DNA from: Rhodothermales bacterium
GTDB taxonomy: Bacteria > Bacteroidota > Rhodothermia > Rhodothermales > Bin80
NCBI GenBank assembly: GCA_965203305.1
Contig: OZ241874.1
Coordinates: 1,640,904-1,704,903, forward strand
Direction: 5' to 3'
DNA length: 64,000 nucleotides
How positions within the stretch are numbered: the stretch's first letter is position 1; each line of letters opens with the position of its first letter. The position numbers and the translations under genes are program-made. Under the pieces are notes generated by a model, which searched no databases, was not told the origin of the DNA, and was given only the letters and a program-made list of their open reading frames with translations. Positions 49,401-57,624 of the stretch are shown here, in pieces.

Positions 49401-49488
49401 GGGGGGCAAGTTGGTATATCTCGTTGCATCAGAGAATTATTGGACAGCGAGGGTATCATGGGCGAGCTCAACAGGTTGGTCTGTATGA
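46465..49488 (+). CDS. Type IIG restriction-modification enzyme (MmeI-like): PD-ExK nuclease, gamma-class N6-adenine methyltransferase and target-recognition region
   Basis: N-terminal nuclease motif GRVDIYMPRHRVVIETK (D..ExK). Methyltransferase motifs FGEFYTPDWLAQLMV, VLDPACGSGTFL (motif I) and IVANPPW (motif IV). Long C-terminal region. A G11 tract at 49396-49406 precedes the annotated stop. Confidence 0.75.
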   Translation: MSTKRVVHHGNSTELKEESMKYAKKLRELRQGITESRVRQNICRILDDYDFENYTEHPVRGGRVDIYMPRHRVVIETKAPGSVSREDKAQVSRYVDRLAKEEWGIFSNDEKLPDFTGILTDGQVWYAWKYHTDTGKEIGQVLDGIRPQNARSLLRKFLFLWDHQPFGKPGIPDNPREEFQSHLDSLRDVYEGLSGPRRAHTDTKLSLWLDMLRTSSMAPTRRSAQERLFVSHTFLVSLAKGVIHTVVAPNRDPSAKDLLGEGFIAWVLDSNKGREWARDFLREINGWDWTRRQGDVLRPLYEAFVDEKDRKSFGEFYTPDWLAQLMVEEVLDDDWCKKAVKSALSAQYDPDALNGVGVLDPACGSGTFLYFAAKRLMESEVMTELGLSHVEKSSAVAKLVNGIDVHPVAAEMARATLMRALRWAPGEGMSFLRIYEGDSLQVRKRGTELFTPDENRILFESPKGRSILLPRSFIYRTDFANLIRRLVETAVAEGDCPEDIVASTDSEEQETIREAHKNLVKIIQNEGDSVWTWYIVNMAGPYQLFQRKVDRIVANPPWVSMAGIQDTARKRALEAFAQNESGIWSGGRNAPHFDIAQLFMKRCRELYLVNPGHNPSAWLVKLAALTSGGWETFRENYHRKILWQSLDLTEAQPFGGGDARRCCVMFEYRKVSLLPAISQIPKAIVRLTEPRIRPKSHMNKEEALRLLFFEAAPQPFPDSPSDYHGFRMGATITPKVLTLVDKTIEITERECTIITAESMHLPWREVQPQQGTFPRKWIKRTLRSQKLFPFTIDSALDSTIIPMDPDGLHLSSAPGRVSPSWCKFDEMYGEYRGQGNSTPQTLISQVDNRKHITVQLKAYREECRGEPTKVVYPTCGDIMRAARMIPSKAIVDSSIYWFIARNEDEAAYLVGVLNSSALTKAFADSRTSGRTFHKNPWRKIPIPQFQSNNNIHGSIAEVTRRAESLATTIINSSNEKNGGGGKLVYLVASENYWTARVSWASSTGWSV

Positions 49489-49515
49489 TTCTACCCAATC
49501 ATACTCGGCGACCGG

Positions 49516-50001
49516 TCAAGTAATTTCTGAATAGCCTGTCCAAGATAATATCACCTGAGTCCCTTTCGCGGGCATGGTGGAATTTATTCTACCGAAATTC
49601 ATTGTTGGGGAATGCGGAAATATCTGATTATGCCTATACGCAGAGTAAGGACTCCCGTAGTGGCACCATGAGAAGAATGTATCTATCCGAAAGTCCATGG
49701 CATGGTGCTTTTTGGAGATACGTTTGAGCTCGGGGAATGTGTCGAATTGCGAGCGCATCGAGTCCATGCCGTGTTTTTGGCGCAGTGGGATTGCATTTGA
49801 TTTGTACAAGGGGATGTGGTGATTCTGTGCGATGATTACGGGGAAGAATACAGGATATTCTTTGCACAACATCCAGGTTGGGCTGGGGCGGATGATCGGG
49901 ACTGTGTAGCCCCCGGCGGAGGCATCGTGATTCGGGGGGGGGGACTCTTCACCATTTACAGGAGGCAAAAATCGGACAATACAGGAGAGGTTGGCCGTCA
50001 T
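49516..50001 (-). CDS. Hypothetical ORF (weak)
   Basis: 161-aa ORF with no recognisable motif. It contains the G10 homopolymer, read as SPPPN. It may be spurious or a remnant. Confidence 0.2.
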   Translation of the reverse strand: MTANLSCIVRFLPPVNGEESPPPNHDASAGGYTVPIIRPSPTWMLCKEYPVFFPVIIAQNHHIPLYKSNAIPLRQKHGMDSMRSQFDTFPELKRISKKHHAMDFRIDTFFSWCHYGSPYSAYRHNQIFPHSPTMNFGRINSTMPAKGTQVILSWTGYSEIT

Positions 50002-51580
50002 AAGTTCTGATCTTTCGGCGTGTGGTTCTGTGTGTGTTTTGGGGAAGATGTCTGGCTATGCCTGTGCATTTCTGCTTATTCTTTCGGGATCAAACAGGGT
50101 TCCATTTCGGAGCATGGCACATGCGACTCCGAGGAGGCGATCTCCCACGGTTCGCAACGCGCGTCCATGAGAGTGTCCTCGTGCCCGCAGGGCCCTGTAC
50201 TTGGCTTTGGAGATGGGGTCATGCTGCATGGCCACCATGGCCCAGTGGTAGATTGCATTATTGAGGCGCTTGTGCATTGCCAGTCGTCGGACGACGGTCC
50301 GGGCTTTTCCAGATCGTTTGGTAACGGGAGCCACCCCGCACAGACATCGCAAGGCCCTATAGTCCTGTTTGCTGATCAGTTCGCCGGCTTCCGAGAGCAG
50401 GGTTGCCAAGACCGTCGTTCCAATCCCGGGCATGGATCGGAGAATCGCAATGATGCTGTGTCGGTATTCGGACTCTGTGGCTGTTTCTTCGCTTCTGGAT
50501 TCATCCGTGCTGGTCTCCCCTGCCACGGGGCATTCCTCTTCCGGGGCGGGCTGTGTGGCGGCATCCATCTCATCCAGGAGAGCTTCTGTTTCGCGCTTTG
50601 CCTCGCGAAGCTGTTCGTTCACCACATGCAGCAGCGCACACAGGCGCTGGATATTCCGGACAGACGCATCCAGAACACCGGGAGCGACATAGACGGACGG
50701 GCTTCGTAAAATCTGTAGGACCTGCTCCGGGGTCAGTCGACGGATGCGGTGCTTTTTCATCAATGTGGCGACCGTTTTGAGCCGTACCCGCTTCGCCCGC
50801 TCTGGGGTGGGGATGAGTTTCCAGAGTTCCAGCAGCCACAGGGTGTAGAGCATTCCGCCCAGTTCCAGGAATTGGGGGAAGTACTCATGGAGTCGCTGTC
50901 GGATCTGATTGGTGAGTTTGGTTCTCTGCTCGGTCAGATCCTCTGTCATGCGGGAGCATTCGCGCAGAGTGACCTGCTCGGCAGGCAGCGGCGAGAGCAT
51001 TCGGAAGCAGTGCGGGTCGGTTCGGATGGCACTGGCGAGGACGCGTGCGTCCCGGCGGTCATCCTTGGCACCTGCGGGGGAGAACCGGTCCCGAAAGCGA
51101 TCTGACTGCTTGGGATTGATGGCACCGACCTGGAAGCCCCGATTCAGCAGCGTGTCCACCACGGCACCGTGCGGACGCTCAATAGCAACAGCAACCTGTG
51201 CCGAGATACAGCTGACGCAAGCAAGAAGCCAAGTGATCATGTCACGCAACCCTTCCCCGGAGTGGGCAAAGGCTTTCTCTCCAAGAACGGTGCCCTCGGA
51301 GTCAAGAACGCAGACCTGATGGGAGGAATCCCCCCAGTCAATGCCTGCAAAGGCAGTGCAGTTTACTTCAGGATTCATCGTATATTTGTTCTGAAGGTGA
51401 GTAAGAATGCGGATCAGCGGTGACCGTCATCTGCCCCTATATGGGGGCTCAAGTGGCACATACTCTTCACAGGATGTCGGTCACAGCAACTCCCCGGGGT
51501 ACATCTCCTCCCCCCCCCCCCGGGCATTCAAGATGCTGGGGGCTACTAGTTACTCCCGGGGAGTTAATCCGCTGTGAGAA
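50000..51580 (-). mobile_element. IS110-family element (boundaries approximate)
   Basis: Defined by the transposase ORF plus about 200 bp of non-coding 5' end and about 50 bp of 3' end. The right limit is inferred from where the decayed IS66 copy appears to begin. No inverted repeats are expected for this family. Confidence 0.55.
50056..51378 (-). CDS. IS110-family DEDD recombinase/transposase
   Basis: N-terminal FAGIDWGDSSHQVCVLD...VAIERPHG...KDDRRDARVLA (DEDD/RuvC-like). C-terminal LRSMPGIGTTVLATLLSE...VAPVTKRSGK (Transposase_20 with the catalytic Ser region). Confidence 0.9.
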   Translation of the reverse strand: MNPEVNCTAFAGIDWGDSSHQVCVLDSEGTVLGEKAFAHSGEGLRDMITWLLACVSCISAQVAVAIERPHGAVVDTLLNRGFQVGAINPKQSDRFRDRFSPAGAKDDRRDARVLASAIRTDPHCFRMLSPLPAEQVTLRECSRMTEDLTEQRTKLTNQIRQRLHEYFPQFLELGGMLYTLWLLELWKLIPTPERAKRVRLKTVATLMKKHRIRRLTPEQVLQILRSPSVYVAPGVLDASVRNIQRLCALLHVVNEQLREAKRETEALLDEMDAATQPAPEEECPVAGETSTDESRSEETATESEYRHSIIAILRSMPGIGTTVLATLLSEAGELISKQDYRALRCLCGVAPVTKRSGKARTVVRRLAMHKRLNNAIYHWAMVAMQHDPISKAKYRALRARGHSHGRALRTVGDRLLGVACAMLRNGTLFDPERISRNAQA

Positions 51581-51844
51581 AGTGAAACGTACGGAAGTTA
51601 TGGATACCGATCCAACCTCCCCTTCCAACGCCAACAAAACAGCAGCATTCGCCGGACTCTCCTGCCCCCTGCATCCACACCTGGAAACTACCCCATTTAG
51701 TAGTTTATAAAAGATATAGGGGATTGTGCGGTATCCTGGCCCCATCATTCAGGGCAAAAGACACGACGTATAGTTATGTTGCATTCCTTTCCACATTTGT
51801 GTTTTATTTCGTATCAATGAGGCATTGATCAAACCGCTTGTATC

Positions 51845-52835
51845 TTGTCAATAGAAACCCGCTGTAGAGAACTGGAGGAACGCGCCAAGTTCCTGACTGC
51901 AGCACTTGCAAAGGAACGGGAGGCGGGCATGCACAAGGATCCCTGTATTGCCTGTTTGCAGGAGCGCGTTGATTGTCTTCTGGACGAGAAGTGCGGACAA
52001 TCCTGCGAGCGGCATCCGTCTCCCCATAGACGAGTGCCAGAAGGAGTTGTTTCCTGACGAAATCCTGGCACCGCTCCCCGAGAAGGACAGGACCGAGAAG
52101 CCTCGCCAATCCCGTACGAAGATGCCTCGGGGCAAGTATGTGCTGGATCGCCTCCCGGATGAGGTCAGAGAACGGAATCCTGACGGCATCCAAAAAGACT
52201 GGCGAAACGTAGATACGCGGGTATTTCGGTACTACACGCGCATTCCCATGCAACGGATTCTGGTGGGGCTTCGGCGGCATGTGTATCAGGATGCGGAGGG
52301 GAGGTATCCTGTTGCTGCCCTGCCTCCCGAGATCATGGGCAAGGCAAGCACGGAACGGGTGTCGCATGTGGTAGCCAACAAGTTTGTCTATCACATGTTC
52401 AATGAGCGCACCCGGGAACAACTTGCCCATGCCGGGCATGCGATTTCCTCCTCCACGCTCTCGGACTGGATCCAGCGCGGAGCACAGAAGGTACTCCCAC
52501 TACTCCAGCCTCTGCGGGTACGGATTCTGGCCGGACAGTACATTCAGGCAGACGAGACCACCATTCTGGTGCGAGATCGCGAAAAAAGCCGACACCTTGG
52601 CAAGCATCATCAAGGGTACTACTGGGTGCATTCGGATCCGGTGGCGAAACTGGGACTGTTTGATTACCAGAAAGGACGCTCTCGCGAGATGGTCCCTCCG
52701 CCTTTCTGGAGGGGTTTGAAGGAGACTTGCAGACCGATGGCTATGCCGTATACAACCACTTTGGACGCTCCGGCGAGATCACGCTCCACGGGTGCTTGGC
52801 CCATGCCCGCCGAAGGTTCCACAAGGCAAAAAAAA
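51845..52835 (+). pseudogene. Second, divergent IS66-family transposase, 5' part (frameshifted at least twice)
   Basis: Pieces in three frames: MSIETRCRELEERAKFL.. (51845); ..YIQADETTILVRDREKS.. (51906 frame); LEGFEGDLQTDGYAVY..CLAHARRRFHKAKK (hand translation near 52700-52830). Confidence 0.75.
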
Positions 52836-52839
52836 GCAG

Positions 52840-55190
52840 GACGCAAGTTCGCCATGATTCTTATAAAATCCGGTTTTCGCGGAAATTCCTCTCCATTTTG
52901 CCTTAATAATTCCATCTATTTGCCTGTTTTGGTTTCATTTCTTTCGTATTTGACCTGTTTTCCCTTATTTATTACGGGTTTGCTCTTCAGACCCCCGTTG
53001 TAGTATACCGTATTTTTTTCCGGGAACCTACCCCCGGATATGCGGTTTAAATTTGGGATAAACCACCACGGCATGTTCCTCTTCCGAGCCCCTTACCGCC
53101 TCAAGACAGGAGAGAAAGGATTCCGATTCTATCTGGCCTACTGCAAACGGGTCAACGGCATCCCCAAACGAAAAACGCTGTTTTGCCTCGGCAAAGATGT
53201 GGATCTGTCCGAGGAAGAGATCAAAGCCTTTGGGGCTCATGTGAAGGCACACATGGACGGATCGCCTCGGCTGGACTTTGCGGAACAGCGTCCGTTCTTT
53301 CGGGATCTGGTTCAGAAGATTGCGCAAAACCTGGTGGAGCGTGGCTGTGAGGTGGGAACCCCCCGCACGCCGGCAGAGCGTGTGGTGAGTTTCCTTCGGA
53401 TTTCGCATCCTGGTTCCGGCACGGTTGGGGGCGAGCGTCTGCTCCTGTCCCTGTTTCATCGGATTGGCTTTGACTGCTTTTTGCTGGATCTGGGATGTAC
53501 CGAAGAGCAGGTGAAGCTGATCTATGTGATGGTCATTGGCAAGATGCTGAGTCCGGGCAGCGAGCGGCACACCCATGACTGGCTCACCTCCACCTCTGCC
53601 ATTCTGGAGCTTCTGCATCTTCCTGCCCCGAGTCTGAACACGCTGTACCGGACGGTGGATCTGCTGAACCGGCACCGGGACGAGATTCTCTCGTGGCTCT
53701 ATGAGAGGGCACAGTCCACGCTTCCTTTCGGGGGAAAGATCATTCTGTATGATCTGACCAACACGCCGTATTACGGGAAGGAGAAGGGACAATACCTGCG
53801 GCACGGGCGGAGCAAGAACAAGCGGAATGATCTTCGGCAAACCTCTCTTTCGGTATCCATGAGCGGGAACGGGATGCCCTGCGGGATGGAGATTCTGCCG
53901 GGGAATGTGAGCGAGCCGGGCACCCTGGCTGGGGTTCTGGAGAAGCTGGGGGACGAGGATTCGACGTTGGTCATGGATGCCGGGATCTGCACGGATGGGA
54001 ATGTGGCTCTCATGCAGGAGAAGGGCTTTGACTGGGTCGGCATAGAGCGCAGCAGCACGCCTCCTGTTCCCACGGGACCTGCGGATGCCCGGTTTGAGAC
54101 GGGGGGCGGAAGGCAGATCAAGGCGTGGGAGCTGTTCGAAGAGAATGGCGAACGACGCGTGTACATTTACAGTGAGGCAAAGGCAAAAACGGAGTTGCAG
54201 ATCAAGCAGCGGCGATGTGAGGCGTATGAGAAGGCACTGGACAAATTGCGGGAGGGACTGTCCAAACCCGGGTGTGTCAAGAAATTTGCTCCGGTGCAGA
54301 GACGGGTGACGCGTCTGGAACGCGATCACCCGCACGTGGCGCATCTCTACGATGTGGAGGTGATTCGCAACGAAGAGACCGACTATGCGGACACGATTCG
54401 GGTGACCCGTCTTCCGGCGCACGCGGCGTGGATGCGGGCCTGTGGCGGGTATGTGATCCGCACCAGTCACCGGGACTGGTCCCTCCGGGAGGTGGCCCAG
54501 ACCTACTGGCGACAGTATGAGGTGGAGCATGTCTTCCGCTCCATGAAATCCGAGTTTGGACTGGGGCCCATTTATCACAGCAAGGACGAGCGGATTGAGG
54601 GGCATCTGTTTCTTGCGCTGCTGGGGGTCTGCTTTGCACAGATGATCCGAATCCCGCTCAAGGCCCGGGGCATCTCGTCCAGCTGGAGTACAATTCGGAA
54701 GCACCTCAACAAAATTCAGCGCATCGTCACCAAATTCCACCAACTCCGACAGCGGTACCTGATCACGCGGATGGATCAGGATCTGACCCCGTTCGTGCAG
54801 CAGATCTTTCGGATTCTGGGGATCCTGTATGATCCCGAGAAGACGAAGGGAGAGGAGCGGGGGCGGGATGGTCCCGAAGAGAAAGCACCAGCGAAAGAAT
54901 GTACGCTGCTTCCCGAAGAGGAAAAGCCTCCTGATTCATGAAACAGGCAGGATTCTTGCCGAGAAAAAAACAGCACTCCGCAGGGAGCGGGGAGTGCTAT
55001 GCCCATCCGCCATTCGCCAGACAGACTCTCAGCGTACTTTGCCGGAAAAACAGCGCAGAACGAAGAGAACAGCCACCATGATCTGACCTGCAAAGTCGCT
55101 GGAACCTGTGGACTACGAAAAAATCATCCCAAAAAAGGGAACAGGGGAGCTGTGTCCGATTGTTGAACTACGCTGTGGCAAACTAGCGAG
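52840..55190 (+). mobile_element. IS1634-family (IS4-related) element inserted in the decayed IS66 gene (boundaries approximate)
   Basis: The IS66 reading frame stops after HARRRFHKAKK (~52835) and resumes at ..AEVVLDLMGQRYEVEREL (~55190). The interval carries a complete IS1634-type transposase gene. I could not define the termini or TSD by eye. Confidence 0.5.
53040..54941 (+). CDS. IS1634-family DDE transposase
   Basis: YDLTNTPYYGKEKG..HGRSKNKRNDLRQ..GMPCGMEILPGNVSEPGT, LVMDAGICTDGN and VEHVFRSMKSEFGLGPIYHSKDERIEGHLFL are typical IS1634/IS4 features. Confidence 0.7.
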   Translation: MRFKFGINHHGMFLFRAPYRLKTGEKGFRFYLAYCKRVNGIPKRKTLFCLGKDVDLSEEEIKAFGAHVKAHMDGSPRLDFAEQRPFFRDLVQKIAQNLVERGCEVGTPRTPAERVVSFLRISHPGSGTVGGERLLLSLFHRIGFDCFLLDLGCTEEQVKLIYVMVIGKMLSPGSERHTHDWLTSTSAILELLHLPAPSLNTLYRTVDLLNRHRDEILSWLYERAQSTLPFGGKIILYDLTNTPYYGKEKGQYLRHGRSKNKRNDLRQTSLSVSMSGNGMPCGMEILPGNVSEPGTLAGVLEKLGDEDSTLVMDAGICTDGNVALMQEKGFDWVGIERSSTPPVPTGPADARFETGGGRQIKAWELFEENGERRVYIYSEAKAKTELQIKQRRCEAYEKALDKLREGLSKPGCVKKFAPVQRRVTRLERDHPHVAHLYDVEVIRNEETDYADTIRVTRLPAHAAWMRACGGYVIRTSHRDWSLREVAQTYWRQYEVEHVFRSMKSEFGLGPIYHSKDERIEGHLFLALLGVCFAQMIRIPLKARGISSSWSTIRKHLNKIQRIVTKFHQLRQRYLITRMDQDLTPFVQQIFRILGILYDPEKTKGEERGRDGPEEKAPAKECTLLPEEEKPPDS

Positions 55191-55714
55191 GAGATCCCTG
55201 TGCAGAGGTGGTGCTGGATCTGATGGGACAACGGTATGAGGTGGAGCGGGAGTTGCGCCAAAAGAACGCCACCTTTGCGGAGCGGGAACGCGTACGTCAG
55301 CTCCGGTCGGTTCCGATCCTGGAGGAGAGCAAGACCTTCCTGGAAGCGCATCCTGTGGGAACCAGCTCCCTCTGGTCCCAAGCGGTAGGCTATATGCTGA
55401 ATCAGTGGGAACGTCTGGTCAGCTTCACCACCAACGGACGGGTGGAGACTGACAATAATCTCGTAGAGAATCAGATTCGTCCGGTGGCATTGGGACGCAA
55501 AAACTATCTGGTTGCCGGCTCGTATGAAGCCGCCCGTAACGCCTCCGTACTGTATTCACTGGTGAGCATCTGCAAACCACACGGCGTGAAGTTTGCAGAG
55601 TGGTTTGCGGAGGTCTTGCAACGCATGGACAAGACCCCCGAAGCCGAACTCCATACCCTGCTCCCCGACTCCTGGAAAGCCAGCCGGGAAGCCGAACTCG
55701 CCAAAGCAGCATAG
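55187..55714 (+). pseudogene. Second IS66-family transposase, 3' part
   Basis: GRVETDNNLVENQIRPVALGRKNYLVAGS...TPEAELHTLLPDSWKA is colinear with the C-terminus of the intact IS66 copies. Confidence 0.8.
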
Positions 55715-55923
55715 CACCTCCCCGCGAGCAAGGCACGAACCCGAGACCCCTGCGGACCAAGCTCTGGATTCCAGACAAACCCCTCCATCAACTCCTCGGA
55801 CAGGGAAAAGGAGAATAGTGTGCAGAAGAAGGCATGGTGCAGTTTTGGGTTGCTTTTCATTCTACAAAATTGTAGCTGGCTAGGTCATGAGGCTTTCCAT
55901 CTACACAGACACAGAATCGAATC

Positions 55924-56973
55924 ATGCAATCACTGGAAGACAGGCTGGATTTGGATCAGACGCTTCGCGAGGCGGGGGAGGCTGGGCAGCATCTTCGCTG
56001 GTCGTTGTTGTGTCATCTGGGTGAGTTGATCCGGGATTTGACACAGAATGTGGAGGTTGGCTCTGTCTCTTCTTCGCAGGAACCTGCCTCTGCCTCTGTC
56101 CCGACCCTGGTTCTGGAGGAGGCTCCGCCCGCTGCCCCGCCAGCAGGTGTACTTGCGCTGTCGGAATACGGAGATGAGGCTTCGCTGCAGGAGGTGCGCA
56201 GGGAAGCCTTGCAGGAGTTCACCGCGCGTTCGCTGGCGAAGGAGGATGTGGTGGCTCTGTGGCTGGATGTCGTGCCCTTCTGGGGGTATCCCCTGCTCTT
56301 GTGTGTAGCGGTCAATGTGGAGGGCTATCGGCGGATTCTGGGCTTTGCAGAGGCTTCTCTGCAAGAGAGGGATGCTGTCCGCCGCCTGTTGCAGGATTTG
56401 CTGGATCGGGGGCTGTGTACGGAGCGGGGACTGCTCTGGATTACGCCGGGAACGGCCGGACTGTCCGCCCTTCTGGCAGAGGTTCTGGGGACACGCATGC
56501 GCCATCAGCACTGTCAGGTACACAAGTGCGTTCGCGTGACCAGTCTGCTGCCGGAAGAGGAACAGCGCGGGGTTCGGGGCACCATCCAGCGTGCCTATGC
56601 CCATCCGAATCCCCGGCAGGCACAGGATGCTCTGCGGCAGCTTCATACGGATCTGCTTCGCCGCAATCGTTCGGCAGCGCAGTGGCTGCTGCAAGATCTG
56701 GGGCAGACCCTGACGGTGTACCAGAGCGGACTGACGGAGCATCTGAGTCCCAGTTTGCGGACTACGCGCTGCATTGCCCGGCTGGGACAGCATCTGCAGC
56801 ACCGGAGCCGGGGAGTGCGCCGCTGGCTCCCGCCCCGGAGCCGACAGGCGCAGATTGCCCTGCTCCTCCTGGAACGCGAACAGTATATGCGCCGATTGGC
56901 GCATGCATCGTATCTTTCTGCCTTGCGAACGGCTCTCTTTGCCAGCCGGGAGACGATGGCAGACTTGCCATAG
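55924..56973 (+). CDS. IS256/Mutator-like transposase homolog lacking two of the three catalytic residues
   Basis: Colinear with the neighbouring IS256-like gene: LWLD matches SLDG (D kept); LLWITPGTAG matches LLFVVDGAKG (D to P); CQVHK matches CTWHK; LRTTRCIARL matches LRTTNHMEHM (E to A). Confidence 0.6.
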   Translation: MQSLEDRLDLDQTLREAGEAGQHLRWSLLCHLGELIRDLTQNVEVGSVSSSQEPASASVPTLVLEEAPPAAPPAGVLALSEYGDEASLQEVRREALQEFTARSLAKEDVVALWLDVVPFWGYPLLLCVAVNVEGYRRILGFAEASLQERDAVRRLLQDLLDRGLCTERGLLWITPGTAGLSALLAEVLGTRMRHQHCQVHKCVRVTSLLPEEEQRGVRGTIQRAYAHPNPRQAQDALRQLHTDLLRRNRSAAQWLLQDLGQTLTVYQSGLTEHLSPSLRTTRCIARLGQHLQHRSRGVRRWLPPRSRQAQIALLLLEREQYMRRLAHASYLSALRTALFASRETMADLP

Positions 56974-57032
56974 ACATCTTGTTCATCCACCCTTCTTCTT
57001 TACATCTTATGAATACAGGAAATCTGATCAAT

Positions 57033-57355
57033 ATGGAGAGCGTGCTCTCCACGATGAAGCATGACCATATGGTGCAAGAGTGCATCAAAAACCGGAATTA
57101 TGTTGCCAAGGCGCAGGCCCATATCCAGGCGTGCGGGCTGGCCATGGCACTGGCATGGATTCTGGCAGAAATCGCGTACTACTGCGGGGAGCGCTGGAAG
57201 CATGACCGTCCGCATCACGGGACGTACAAGCGGAACGGGACGCGTGCGGGATCCATCTGGATCGGGGGCGAGAAGAAACGGGTACGGATTCATCGGATCC
57301 TGAACCAAAAGACCGGGAAGACCTTTTTTCCGAAGTGTTATCGGGCGTTGCGCAA
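57033..57355 (+). pseudogene. IS256-family transposase, 5' part (split by IS66 copy B)
   Basis: The frame ..FPKCYRALRK continues as MARIDRERIT.. at 59715 once the IS and one TSD copy are removed. The two parts sum to 1287 nt (429 codons including the stop). Confidence 0.8.
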
Positions 57356-57624
57356 GTATCCGTCCGAACAGCCTCCATATAAGCTGTCAGGGGGGATACG
57401 TTGGTATGGTGGATTTGTGCCTTCCTGAGTCCACTCTGTGACCGAGGGGTGGTCGTGTTATCGGTCTGCGGGTTCTTCTGGCAGTCTGTTGTCTCTTCGT
57501 GATTCCATGCCGGGGATTTTTCCTGGAAGCTGGAGTAGCTGTATTGGAAGGGGATCTTGGGTGGGGATGGATTCACGAACAGTATTTATATTTATGTTGC
57601 ATAAATTTGCACTTTTAGTATTTT

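Noticed and set aside
53028-54743. 571-aa ORF on the minus strand
   Set aside because: It lies antisense to the IS1634-type transposase, which has clear DDE-family motifs. The sequence is Arg/Pro/Leu-rich without motifs.
55930-57428. Long overlapping ORFs 55930..56904 (minus) and 56259..57428 (plus)
   Set aside because: They are alternative frames of GC-rich IS256-like sequence. Only the 55924..56973 and 57033.. frames align with each other and with IS256 motifs.
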